Assembly: GCA_965218795.1 (NCBI GenBank)
Contig: OZ244653.1
Coordinates: 2,400,001-2,464,000 of the forward strand
DNA from: a bacterium
GTDB lineage: Bacteria; UBA8248; JACPRG01; G963555815
DNA: 64,000 bases
Reading direction: 5' to 3'
Part shown: in pieces, positions 1-13,047 of the stretch
Numbering within the stretch: position 1 is the first letter of the stretch
Layout of the letters: every line of letters starts with the position of its first letter
The notes under the pieces: model-generated
Told to the model about the DNA's origin: nothing
What the model saw: the letters and a program-made list of their open reading frames with translations, nothing else
The model's database searches: none
Translations under genes and position numbers: made by a program

Positions 1-125
1 TGCTGGATGGTCCGCTCTTTTGAAAGCGGCTCGAAGTTCGTGTACACCTTCGCCTTGAGAATTTCGCCCATCTCTTCGGCGTGCCGAATGACCTTATGCG
101 CGAATTCACGGCTGTCCATTGCCAT
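1..125 (-). CDS. 5' part of an unidentified protein running off the left edge
   Basis: Manual translation MAMDSREFAHKVIRHAEEMGEILKAKVYTNFEPLSKERTIQ, open to the edge; purine-rich RBS upstream. Confidence 0.55.
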   Translation of the reverse strand, partial: MAMDSREFAHKVIRHAEEMGEILKAKVYTNFEPLSKERTIQ

Positions 126-346
126 GACGTTTCCCCCCCTCGCGATCAACTCTTCGAAACAATCCGAATCAGGCGATCCGCCGGCCCGATGGACGAAATG
201 TCACCGTACCGGACGGAAATCGGTTACTCGACCCCCCAGCTCCTTCAGCATTCTACGGTATTCGAGGGCGGGCGTATCCGGCGCCCTTGACGTGGAGCAC
301 CTCCGGCCGCTGGTTTTCCGTAATCGTGTGGTCTTGTCGGTTCGGC

Positions 347-3407
<3,061 letters not shown>

Positions 3408-3411
<4 letters not shown>

Positions 3412-3567
3412 GGCGTCTCCCACAATCGACGGAGCGGCACGGCGTAGAGGCCGTCGCCGAAACGCGCGCTGGTCTCTCCATCGTAGAGTACCAAGCCACC
3501 CGAGAATCGCTTGCCGGCGGCGTTCGCGAGCTTGCGCAGGCCGTGGAAATCCGCCGCGGTCACCGTC
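3408..3567 (-). pseudogene. 3' remnant of an AAA-ATPase/DUF4143-type gene
   Basis: Alternative frame reads [52 protein letters not shown]; stop overlaps the hsdR start (GTGA). Confidence 0.65.
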
Positions 3568-4570
3568 AACGTCGCCGGGCGCTTCCGCCCGCTGGCCTTG
3601 GATGCTCGGATTGAGTTTCACCCTTTTCTCTCTTGATGATCCAGTCCATCGCGATCTGCTTCAACGCTTTCAGGCGGGCTTTGTCGCGTTCCGTCATTTC
3701 TATTCCCGCAGCGCGAATAAACCACAGATAGGCGCAGTAGGACACGGTACCCGATCCCCTGTCCGGGATATGAAACAATCTCATGGCCTCGCCAAACTCC
3801 CAGGACCACGTTGGACGGTCAGGCAGCACTTCCTTCGGTTTCGTGCGCCAAGTGAAACAGGGCAGCGTCGGAAGCCGCAGTTCTTGGTCCATGTTTCCGG
3901 CGGTATCGAATACCAACTGCCTGAACGTCTTGCTCTTGGCCGCACGAGCCGCTTCCTGGACCAGATACCATCCGGCCAACACGACGAACACACTGGCATA
4001 AAACTCGAAGAAAGTCCGCGCCGGCTGGGGCATGTTGTTCGTCCAGTCGATGTCGACATGGGCACCGCGCTTGTTCCTCATCCTCGACACGACTTCTCGA
4101 ACAGTCATCGTCGTTGCGTTCGCCTGCACAAGCTCTTGCCTTCCCCACTTGGCGAGCGACAAGCCGGCGTTTGCGTTGTTCCAGGGCCAGGACATCTGAA
4201 ATTGGTTCGTGTCCGCCTTGTACGCCAAGCCGTGCAACGGGAAAACAGCGCTCAGGTTGCATATCGCAACGCCCCTGGCGAGACTCGACGGCGGTTGCGG
4301 CTCCGGCGGCTCAATAGTCAGGTAAATAGGCTTCCATAACTCATAGACATCGCCGTCGAGTAGGCGGTTGTCGGCCAACGAAGGAAGTGTCGGTTTCTCT
4401 ACGCAACGCAGCAATGGTTGATTACCGAACAGTATCTTGTGCACGGCCACCGATATGCTGGCCGACACCCTGCGGAGAGTTCCTTCCGTCGGCGCACTTG
4501 TCTCCAGCGCACGCAAACCTTGTGCCACCGAAACCAGCGCATCGCCGAACGGCACGCGGTAGTCCATCAT
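3566..4570 (-). CDS. Hypothetical protein inserted in the RM locus, with an RNKRGAH HEPN-like motif
   Basis: Protein-like part of ORF 3566..5041 from MMDYRVPF; lower GC than hsdR; start uncertain (4570 or about 4609). Confidence 0.6.
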   Translation of the reverse strand: MMDYRVPFGDALVSVAQGLRALETSAPTEGTLRRVSASISVAVHKILFGNQPLLRCVEKPTLPSLADNRLLDGDVYELWKPIYLTIEPPEPQPPSSLARGVAICNLSAVFPLHGLAYKADTNQFQMSWPWNNANAGLSLAKWGRQELVQANATTMTVREVVSRMRNKRGAHVDIDWTNNMPQPARTFFEFYASVFVVLAGWYLVQEAARAAKSKTFRQLVFDTAGNMDQELRLPTLPCFTWRTKPKEVLPDRPTWSWEFGEAMRLFHIPDRGSGTVSYCAYLWFIRAAGIEMTERDKARLKALKQIAMDWIIKREKGETQSEHPRPAGGSARRR

Positions 4571-4639
4571 GCTCTTGGTTTTCTCGTTGACTTTCCAAGG
4601 AGGGATCATGCCTCTGCTCCGATGGAATGGTGCTCGCTC

Positions 4640-5287
4640 ATCTTCTCTGCTCCTCCACAAGTCAAAAACTCCAACAACAGTCTCTGCCAACACGGCCGAC
4701 GGGCGGCATTGCGCGGCCCGGTCCCGTCGAGGCAGATCCGAGTCAGCACGTCGAACCGCCGTTCCTTGAGATACGTGAACGCCTCGGTCGACAGGTGGGA
4801 CACCAGTCCGTCGACGCTCGCCGGCCGGGAGTATTTCTCCGCGTAGCACCGCCACAGCACATGCACCCCTCGCAGCAGACGTAGCTCCACGGGTCGACGC
4901 CTTCGAACGTGACGCCGATGGCGCGGAGCACGACCACCGGATCGCTCCTGTACTTTCGCTTGCAGTCCTCGGTGTTGTGGCACAGGTGCGATGCGACGAA
5001 TCCGTTGAGCGACTTCGGCACTTCGGCCGGCAGGACGGCACCGCCGGGCGGCCGTACCGTAGCTACCGACGTCCCACACGACGACCATGCCGACCGCCCG
5101 TGTCCCGGTGTCCCAGAGATACCGGACCATCCTCAGTCGATAGACGTAGTCCCGAAGCACGAGGCAGATCCACCTGCAGCGCGCCGGCGTCGGGCGGCTT
5201 GTTGTCGTACCTCCGCGCGGCGCGGAGCTTGGCTTCGGCGGCGTTGCGGATGTCAGCCACCTCATCCTCCGACAATCTCGAACTCAC
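4640..5287 (-). pseudogene. Probable degraded unknown gene, pieces in several frames
   Basis: Protein-like segments alternate between ORFs 5063..5287, 4606..5265 and 4743..5021. Confidence 0.3.
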
Positions 5288-5438
5288 CTATCTCTACCGC
5301 TAGGTCAACGGGAATCCAATCTTATGGTGGAACCCGCTTGAGTTGGAGTCCTCACCTGGAGTTTCGCAGGAAATACGAATGTTGCACCAGTGCTTCGAAT
5401 TCTGCCTTGTGCTTCATAAACAATCTCTCCGCACTACT

Positions 5439-7751
5439 TTAATTCCCAACGCGTACCTCCCCCGACACCAGCTTCGGCAGCAGCGTGTCACGCAGGGCAG
5501 CGAGGGTACGGGATTCTGTAATGCTGGACCTGATTCTCGCATCTAGCGGCCGAGCGCATGAATCGAACACATTAACGATGCTAGGGTCTGGTTCAATCAC
5601 CCGCAAGGCTTCAAACTGACTCTTGTTGATAGCACCGAATACTGTCCCTGTATGCTCATATTCTCGGAGTCGCCCCTGAATCCTCCAAGCAGAATAGTAG
5701 GTGAATGGTATCGTATCTAACTTGTGCCTCAGCGCCGCCACGCCTCGACCGATACAACATCTTTCCCAAGCCATGTTGATATCCCCTACGGGTGCGCGCA
5801 CGCTAACGAGGGTATCCGCGGGCTGGGCAATGCGGGTTGGAGCGGTACAGAACTTGCGATTTTCAGGATAACGGAAACCAAAGTCAGACCGGCCCTGGAA
5901 GAAAGGCAAGCCTTCACCGTGTTCGTTGTAGGTGCTGCCTGGCGGTGACTGTCCCATCGTTAGGTCGAAGCACTTCCCCAATGCCTTAACCTCCCACCCC
6001 TCCGGGATCTCGCCCAGTTCGGAATCCACAAAACTATCCGGAAACAAGGCCGCGATCTCTTCGCCCATGCCGTCAAGATAGGCGCGGGCGCGTTCGACCG
6101 TCCAATCACTCCCCCCTGGAGGGGGACTCGCAGAAGCCGAGCCGTGAGGCGACGGCTGATGCGGTGGGGGGAACCCCCTCCCCGAAAGACTGTCGTCTTT
6201 CGACCCTCCCTCAAGGGGAGGGTGATGCGTCAGTGCGGCATAAATGCTCTCCAGCACCCCGAAGCAGTTCTCGAAGACTTCATTGTTCCAGAAGCGCAGG
6301 ACGCGATAGCCTCTTTGCCGCAGAAATTCCTCGCGCTCGCGGTCGTGGGCTTTTCGTTCCGCGTGGCCGCCGCCGTCGAGTTCGATCAGCAGCTTTTGGG
6401 AGATGCACGCGAAGTCCACGATATACGGACCGATGGGCTGTTGGCGGCGGAATTTGTGGCCGTCCAGTTGTTTGTCGCGCAGGCAGTGCCAGAGGAGACT
6501 CTCCGCGTTGGTCTGGTTGCAGCGGAGGGTTTTGGCGTTTTGCAGGGTCTGTTGGGTGTATCGGCGCTTGATTTCCCCCCACCTGTTCGTCCCCCCACCG
6601 GCTCGGCTGCGGACTTCGTCCTTGCCTTGCCGACTCCCCCTCAAGGGGGGAGTGATGGATGGCGTGGCGTTCGAGGGCGGCCTTGGCCGACTCCCTATCG
6701 GGAGAGGAGTGGTGTCTGAAGGGGCCGCATCGGTGGACCGGGCTTTGGCCGACTCCCCCTCAAGGGAGGAGTGAGCGGCGGCGTGGCGCTTGAGGGCGGC
6801 CTTGGCGCGGACGGGGTCGAAATCGACGAACCAGGACTTGAACAGGGCCCGGGCCATGGCCTCCAGGGTCTCGTTCATCCGCCGGTTCAACTCGATCTTG
6901 TCGTCCAGCGTGCCGAGGACATGGGCGATGGCGCGTTGTTCAGGGAGGGGGGGAAGAAGGAAGCGAAACCGCTTGATGCGTTCAGGCGATGTGTGCCTAA
7001 CGGTCGTCCCGGTGGCGCTTGCAAGCACCTCATGTCGATACTCTGCGCTACACATGACATAGTAGAGATATCTTACGTTTAATGACAGTTTGTCTTTGAT
7101 CACGACTTTTCCAAGCCGCTGGTTGTGCAGATAGCGGCGTCCTTCTGGATACGTCGATACAAATGCCGGATAACCTAGGGTATCCGTCTGCTTGCTCAGA
7201 TCGGTCATTGTAACGAGCAAATCGCCGTTACTAAGAATGAACTCTTCGGGGGGTGAACCATCGTAATATTTGAACTTATCGTCTTTAAATCCGCCACCAA
7301 TTGCGAAGTTACCAGGCGTCAGCAATACATCACCGCATTCTTCTTCGTGGATAAACGCTCCTTTGAAAGCGAACCCATGCCTTATGTCGATTAAATCAGC
7401 AAGCGATGTTTGAACCCACTCGCCCGCCACACCCTGCTCTTTGTTCTCCGCCAACACCACGTGCTCCGCTTCAATCTGCTTGCGGAACTGCTCGGGCACG
7501 TCGTCCCAAACGAACAGATCCACGCGAAAGGGCAGACTGCTTTCCTCGAACGCTTCCCTGAGATCGGACACCCGGCGGTCCTGCTCCGGCGTAGCGAAGA
7601 CCACCAAGTCGAGATCGGATTGCGGGCGGGAGGTCCACTTGACCCGGGAGCCGTAGACCCAGGCTTCAGTGTTCGGCAGATGCCGTTCGAGCAGCGCCAG
7701 AAGGGTTTTTCGCTGATCCGCGGTGATGTCGATGGGCCGGTCTATTCCCAT
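5439..7751 (-). CDS. hsdS: Type I RM specificity subunit with N-terminal minimal nucleotidyltransferase and internal DUF559 domain
   Basis: YGSRVKWTSRPQSDLDL (GSX10DXD); TRD1 then PPLPEQRAIAHVLGTLDDKIELN; KFRRQQPIGPYIVDF..IELDG..H (DUF559); SELGEIPEGW then TRD2; LRDTLLPKLVSGE. Confidence 0.9.
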   Translation of the reverse strand: MGIDRPIDITADQRKTLLALLERHLPNTEAWVYGSRVKWTSRPQSDLDLVVFATPEQDRRVSDLREAFEESSLPFRVDLFVWDDVPEQFRKQIEAEHVVLAENKEQGVAGEWVQTSLADLIDIRHGFAFKGAFIHEEECGDVLLTPGNFAIGGGFKDDKFKYYDGSPPEEFILSNGDLLVTMTDLSKQTDTLGYPAFVSTYPEGRRYLHNQRLGKVVIKDKLSLNVRYLYYVMCSAEYRHEVLASATGTTVRHTSPERIKRFRFLLPPLPEQRAIAHVLGTLDDKIELNRRMNETLEAMARALFKSWFVDFDPVRAKAALKRHAAAHSSLEGESAKARSTDAAPSDTTPLPIGSRPRPPSNATPSITPPLRGSRQGKDEVRSRAGGGTNRWGEIKRRYTQQTLQNAKTLRCNQTNAESLLWHCLRDKQLDGHKFRRQQPIGPYIVDFACISQKLLIELDGGGHAERKAHDREREEFLRQRGYRVLRFWNNEVFENCFGVLESIYAALTHHPPLEGGSKDDSLSGRGFPPPHQPSPHGSASASPPPGGSDWTVERARAYLDGMGEEIAALFPDSFVDSELGEIPEGWEVKALGKCFDLTMGQSPPGSTYNEHGEGLPFFQGRSDFGFRYPENRKFCTAPTRIAQPADTLVSVRAPVGDINMAWERCCIGRGVAALRHKLDTIPFTYYSAWRIQGRLREYEHTGTVFGAINKSQFEALRVIEPDPSIVNVFDSCARPLDARIRSSITESRTLAALRDTLLPKLVSGEVRVGN
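6105..6806. repeat. Cluster of GC-rich palindromic (REP/RIME-like) units flanking the DUF559 domain
   Basis: GCCGACTCCCCCTCAAGGGGGGAGTGA at 6629; variants at 6686, 6748 and 6202; inverted copy at about 6106-6171. Confidence 0.85.
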
Positions 7752-8158
7752 GTCGTCCCGCTCATGGTCTGATAGAGGCCGATGGCGTCGTCGATGAAGG
7801 CGGGCATGAGCTCCAGGCAGGATTGCGCCTTCTCGCCACTGTAGTCGTGGGACGTATCGACGCGGGCGTCGGCGTAATGCAACCATTGCTCCAGCGGCGC
7901 GGCGAACAGGTCGTTCTCGTACGCCAGTTTGAAGATGGGTTTGGGGCTGTTGGGCGCGTCCGCGATGCCCAGATCTTCGATCAGGTATCGTTTCAACACC
8001 TTCCACAGACAGTCGTAGCAGGTCTCGAAACGCTGAATGACCGACTCGGCGACGGCTTCCTGGGTCAAATCGGGCAGGGAGTCGTCAGGTTCTCGATAAT
8101 TTTCGTACTGCTCCTCCAGCCGCTTGAGCGACATGCGATATTTGTCGTAATCGATCAT
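7742..8158 (-). CDS. HEPN protein (HI0074 nucleotidyltransferase substrate-binding family), putative RNase toxin
   Basis: IQRFETCYDCLWKVLK, SPKPIFK, RVDTSHDY (RX4HXY); overlaps the MNT-hsdS start by 10 nt. Confidence 0.85.
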   Translation of the reverse strand: MIDYDKYRMSLKRLEEQYENYREPDDSLPDLTQEAVAESVIQRFETCYDCLWKVLKRYLIEDLGIADAPNSPKPIFKLAYENDLFAAPLEQWLHYADARVDTSHDYSGEKAQSCLELMPAFIDDAIGLYQTMSGTTWE

Positions 8159-8181
8159 GCTCTACCTTCGGCTCTCTTTCA

Positions 8182-8423
8182 TCAATTGGATACCCGACGG
8201 AGAACCAGGGCCTCGACGACCTCGGCGCCGTCCGGGGTCCCTTCCGCCGGATGGAGCGGCTCTCCGTGCCGTCCCTCCCAGTCATGTGTACCGGTGTTCA
8301 GACTGATCTTCGTTATGGAGATCTGCCGCGGAGACAGGTCGTCGCAGCCATCTTCGTAGCCGTTCACCACCACGCGCAGGTCGGCGGGATATTCTCGAAG
8401 CAGGTCGATCAACTCACTGACTA

Positions 8424-8427
<4 letters not shown>
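8182..8427 (-). CDS. Small hypothetical protein (81 aa)
   Basis: ATGA overlap with the hsdM stop, [34 protein letters not shown]. Confidence 0.7.
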
Positions 8428-10052
<1,625 letters not shown>

Positions 10053-10147
10053 GCGCCTTCCGTAAGGTTTTTTTTAATCATATCGCCATGAAAGCAGAAT
10101 TTCCATCCGGACTGTGTCGACTCATTCCCCGTTTCTCAAAGATGGAT

Positions 10148-10177
10148 TTGACCATTGAGGGAAGCGTAGAGTATCCT
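10148..10177 (+). promoter_or_regulatory. Candidate sigma70 promoter for the SBP gene
   Basis: TTGACC-18 nt-TATCCT upstream of 10231. Confidence 0.35.
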
Positions 10178-10230
10178 GCTGTGGAGCACAGTGAACTGAA
10201 TATTGTATGCAACCTCTGGAGGGCAAGCTG

Positions 10231-11259
10231 ATGAAGAGATTCCGTTCGATTCAAGGGTTGTTGGCGGTATTGCTGTGCCTTGGATTCGTCATGATGGGTA
10301 TGTCTTTGCCGGGTCGGGTGTCCGCAGCGAAGAAAATCGTCTTCGGGTTCGATTGGGTGCCTTACGGCAAGTACGTGGGATATTACGCCGCCCGGGAGAA
10401 GGGCTTTTACAAGAAGGCCGGATTTGACTTGACGTTTCAGCGGGGTTACGGGGGAGCCAGCACGCAGGTTGGCAATGAGAAGCAGGATTACGGGATCGAA
10501 AGCGTCGGCGGTATCATCATCGCGCGCGACAAGAAGGTGCCGATCAAACTGGTCTCCATGTGGCATGAGCGCCTGATGATGAACGTGGTTGTTCTCAAGA
10601 GTTCGGGGATTAAGACCGTGAAGGACCTGGAGGGGAAGAAGCTCGGTGTCACGATCGGAGACGCCATACACCGAAACTGGCCGCTCTTCACCGAGGCTGT
10701 CGGCCTGAAGAAGTGGAACCTCGTCTCCATGCGGCCCGCGGCCAAGAACCCCAGCCTTCTGTCCAAAACAGTGGACGGGATTCTCACCTATGCCACAGTG
10801 ACCCTGGCGCTGAGGGTCATGGCGAAGAAGCGGGGCGACGGCGTGAAAGAGTTCCTCCTGGGAGATTATGGAGTGAATGTGGCCCAGGACGGCATTATCG
10901 CCCATGACAAGCGAATCGCGGAAAACCCCGATGAGGTGAGACGCTTGGTCGCCGCGAGTCTCAAGGGCAACGCCTGGGCCATTGAAAATCCGAAAGAGGG
11001 GGTAAGCATCTTCCAGAAGCACATCCCGGATCAAAGCCCGAAGATGACGGCGCTTTTCTGGGACCTCAGCAGCCGCTACCAAGTTTGGGGGAACCTGAAG
11101 AAGCATGGGCTGGGATACATCGACCGAGGCATCATGGAGTCCACCCAGAAAGCGATTGCCAAGGTGTATGGGATGAAGAATCCTCCGGCGTTGGATGATC
11201 TCTACACGTCCAGGATGCTTCCGAAGGGACTGCCCAAGCCGAAGCTGCCCGCAATGTAA
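10231..11259 (+). CDS. ABC substrate-binding protein, NMT1/THI5-like
   Basis: Signal peptide, FDWVPYGKYVGYYAAREKGFY, GIKTVKDLEGKKLG. Confidence 0.85.
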   Translation: MKRFRSIQGLLAVLLCLGFVMMGMSLPGRVSAAKKIVFGFDWVPYGKYVGYYAAREKGFYKKAGFDLTFQRGYGGASTQVGNEKQDYGIESVGGIIIARDKKVPIKLVSMWHERLMMNVVVLKSSGIKTVKDLEGKKLGVTIGDAIHRNWPLFTEAVGLKKWNLVSMRPAAKNPSLLSKTVDGILTYATVTLALRVMAKKRGDGVKEFLLGDYGVNVAQDGIIAHDKRIAENPDEVRRLVAASLKGNAWAIENPKEGVSIFQKHIPDQSPKMTALFWDLSSRYQVWGNLKKHGLGYIDRGIMESTQKAIAKVYGMKNPPALDDLYTSRMLPKGLPKPKLPAM

Positions 11260-11281
11260 GAAATCGGCTTCATTTCATGGC

Positions 11282-11324
11282 CTCGCGGCCTTGGGGTCAC
11301 CCCCCCCCGACTCCGGGCCGCGAG
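11282..11324 (+). terminator. Hairpin after the SBP gene
   Basis: CTCGCGGCC...GGCCGCGAG inverted repeat; weak U-tract. Confidence 0.4.
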
Positions 11325-11538
11325 TGTTCCCTGAATTCTTTCAGGCCGGAGTCAACTGAATCCCGCTTCCCGGTCATGCGTCCGCCTTCCTGTTTTCAAT
11401 TTCCAGAGACTGGAATCCAAATGCCGGCGTATATTTGAACGACAGCCATCGCCCAAGAGAAAGGACACGGCCCTTGAAGACGTCCTCCGAGGAGGGGGGG
11501 AAGGTCCACAGCCAAAAAGGTGACGGGAGACATGAAAC

Positions 11539-12477
11539 ATGGCAACTCATGAAGTCTTCGCCAATCCCGAGACAGTCCACTGGGGCTATTTCGATTATCG
11601 GCTGGAGCCGATCCTGACCATCGATTCGGGAGATCAGGTGATCGTTCATACGCTCTCCGGGCATCCCATGTGTATGCCGGAGGACCCGTCCCGTTATCCG
11701 GAAGAGCTGACCGCCATCCATCAGACCTCCCGAAAGGGGGCGGGACCGCATATTCTTCTCGGGCCGATTCACGTGGAAGGGGCGGAACCCGGGGATACGC
11801 TGGAAGTTTTGATCGAGGCAATCAAACCCCGCTGCGACTGGGGGTACAACCTCATCCTGCCGCTCAACGGGGCGCTGCCGGAGGATTATCCGAAGGTCAG
11901 TGGCCGGGTGATCGACCTGAACCTCGAGGAGGGAACCGCCGAAGTCGTGCCGGGCTGGAATATCCCCCTCTCGCCCTTCTTCGGGGTCCTGGGCGTCTGC
12001 CCGCCGGAGGAATTGGGGGAGATTCCCAGTAACCCCCCCTACGTTCACGGCGGTAACATGGACAACAAGGAGCTCACGACCGGCTCCAAGGTCTACCTGC
12101 CTGTATGGAAGCGGGGCGCGGGCTTCTCGGTCGGCGATGGCCACAGCGCGCAGGGAGACGGGGAGGTCAATCTCACGGCCATTGAGAGCCCCATGGAGGC
12201 CACGCTCCGGCTGACCGTCCGGAAGGATCTGAGACTGCGGTGGCCCCGCGCGGAATCGCCGACGCACCACATCACGATGGGTTTCAATACCGATCTGGAC
12301 GACGCGGCAAAACAGGCGTTGAGGGAGATGATTGACTTTCTTCACGAAAATTACGGACTGAATCGGGACGACGCGTACGTCTTCTGCAGTACCGCCGTTG
12401 ACTTGCACGTCACGCAGCTGGTTAACGGCCACAAGGGGATCCACGCCATGGCGGCCAAAGATCTTCTTCCGAATTGA
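11539..12477 (+). CDS. Acetamidase/formamidase family protein
   Basis: GPIHVEGAEPGD, HGGNMDNKEL, GDGHSAQGDGEV. Confidence 0.9.
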   Translation: MATHEVFANPETVHWGYFDYRLEPILTIDSGDQVIVHTLSGHPMCMPEDPSRYPEELTAIHQTSRKGAGPHILLGPIHVEGAEPGDTLEVLIEAIKPRCDWGYNLILPLNGALPEDYPKVSGRVIDLNLEEGTAEVVPGWNIPLSPFFGVLGVCPPEELGEIPSNPPYVHGGNMDNKELTTGSKVYLPVWKRGAGFSVGDGHSAQGDGEVNLTAIESPMEATLRLTVRKDLRLRWPRAESPTHHITMGFNTDLDDAAKQALREMIDFLHENYGLNRDDAYVFCSTAVDLHVTQLVNGHKGIHAMAAKDLLPN

Positions 12478-12500
12478 TTGAGGAAGCAGGAGGTGGCTGA

Positions 12501-13006
12501 ATGTCGCAGGAAAAGGGAAGGGCTTTGAGGGTTGAAGAGAGACTTCGCGAACTCGGCCTCCCCCTTCCTGGACCGCTCCGGATTCCCCCGGACATGAAGC
12601 TTCCTTTTTCCTGGGTGAGGGTCCACGGAAACCGGGCGTATATCTCAGGTCATGGGCCTCAACATCCGGACGGCTCCATTGCGAGTCTTTTGGGAAAGTT
12701 GGGAGAGGACCTGTCGGTTGAGCAGGGTTACGAGGCGGCGCGGCTGACCGCGCTCTCGATGCTGGGAAGTCTCCAGCGCGAATTGGGTGACCTGGATCGC
12801 GTTGCGGCATGGCTCAGGGTCCACGGGATGGTGAACTCGGGCCCCGGCTTTGATCGGCAACCCGCGGTCATCAACGGTTTTTCCGATCTGATCCTGGAGC
12901 TATACGGACCTGAACGGGGGGCGCACGCCCGATCGGCGGTGGGCATGGCAGGGCTGCCGATGGGCATTCCGGCGAGATCGAAGCCGAAGTGGAGATCGCC
13001 GTCTAG
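12501..13006 (+). pseudogene. RidA/YjgF family protein with a 1-nt deletion near its 3' end
   Basis: YISGHGP, INGFSDL, HARSAVG; the expected end (V)EIEAEVEIAV* lies in another frame after about 12971. Could be a sequencing error. Confidence 0.75.
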
Positions 13007-13047
13007 CCTGATTCGCCGTCCCCGAGATTTGAAGCGTGAGGTCCGGT

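Noticed and set aside
3412-3621. 70-aa N-terminal extension of HsdR
   Set aside because: Another frame encodes the DUF4143 remnant; the RBS supports GTG at 3411
6629-6806. CRISPR array (27-bp palindromic repeat with ~30-35-bp spacers)
   Set aside because: Only three units, spacers 1 and 3 nearly identical, located inside a CDS, no cas genes
7752-8006. N-terminal extension of hsdS given by the ORF track
   Set aside because: Overlaps the HEPN gene out of frame; the ATG at 7751 fits the MNT start
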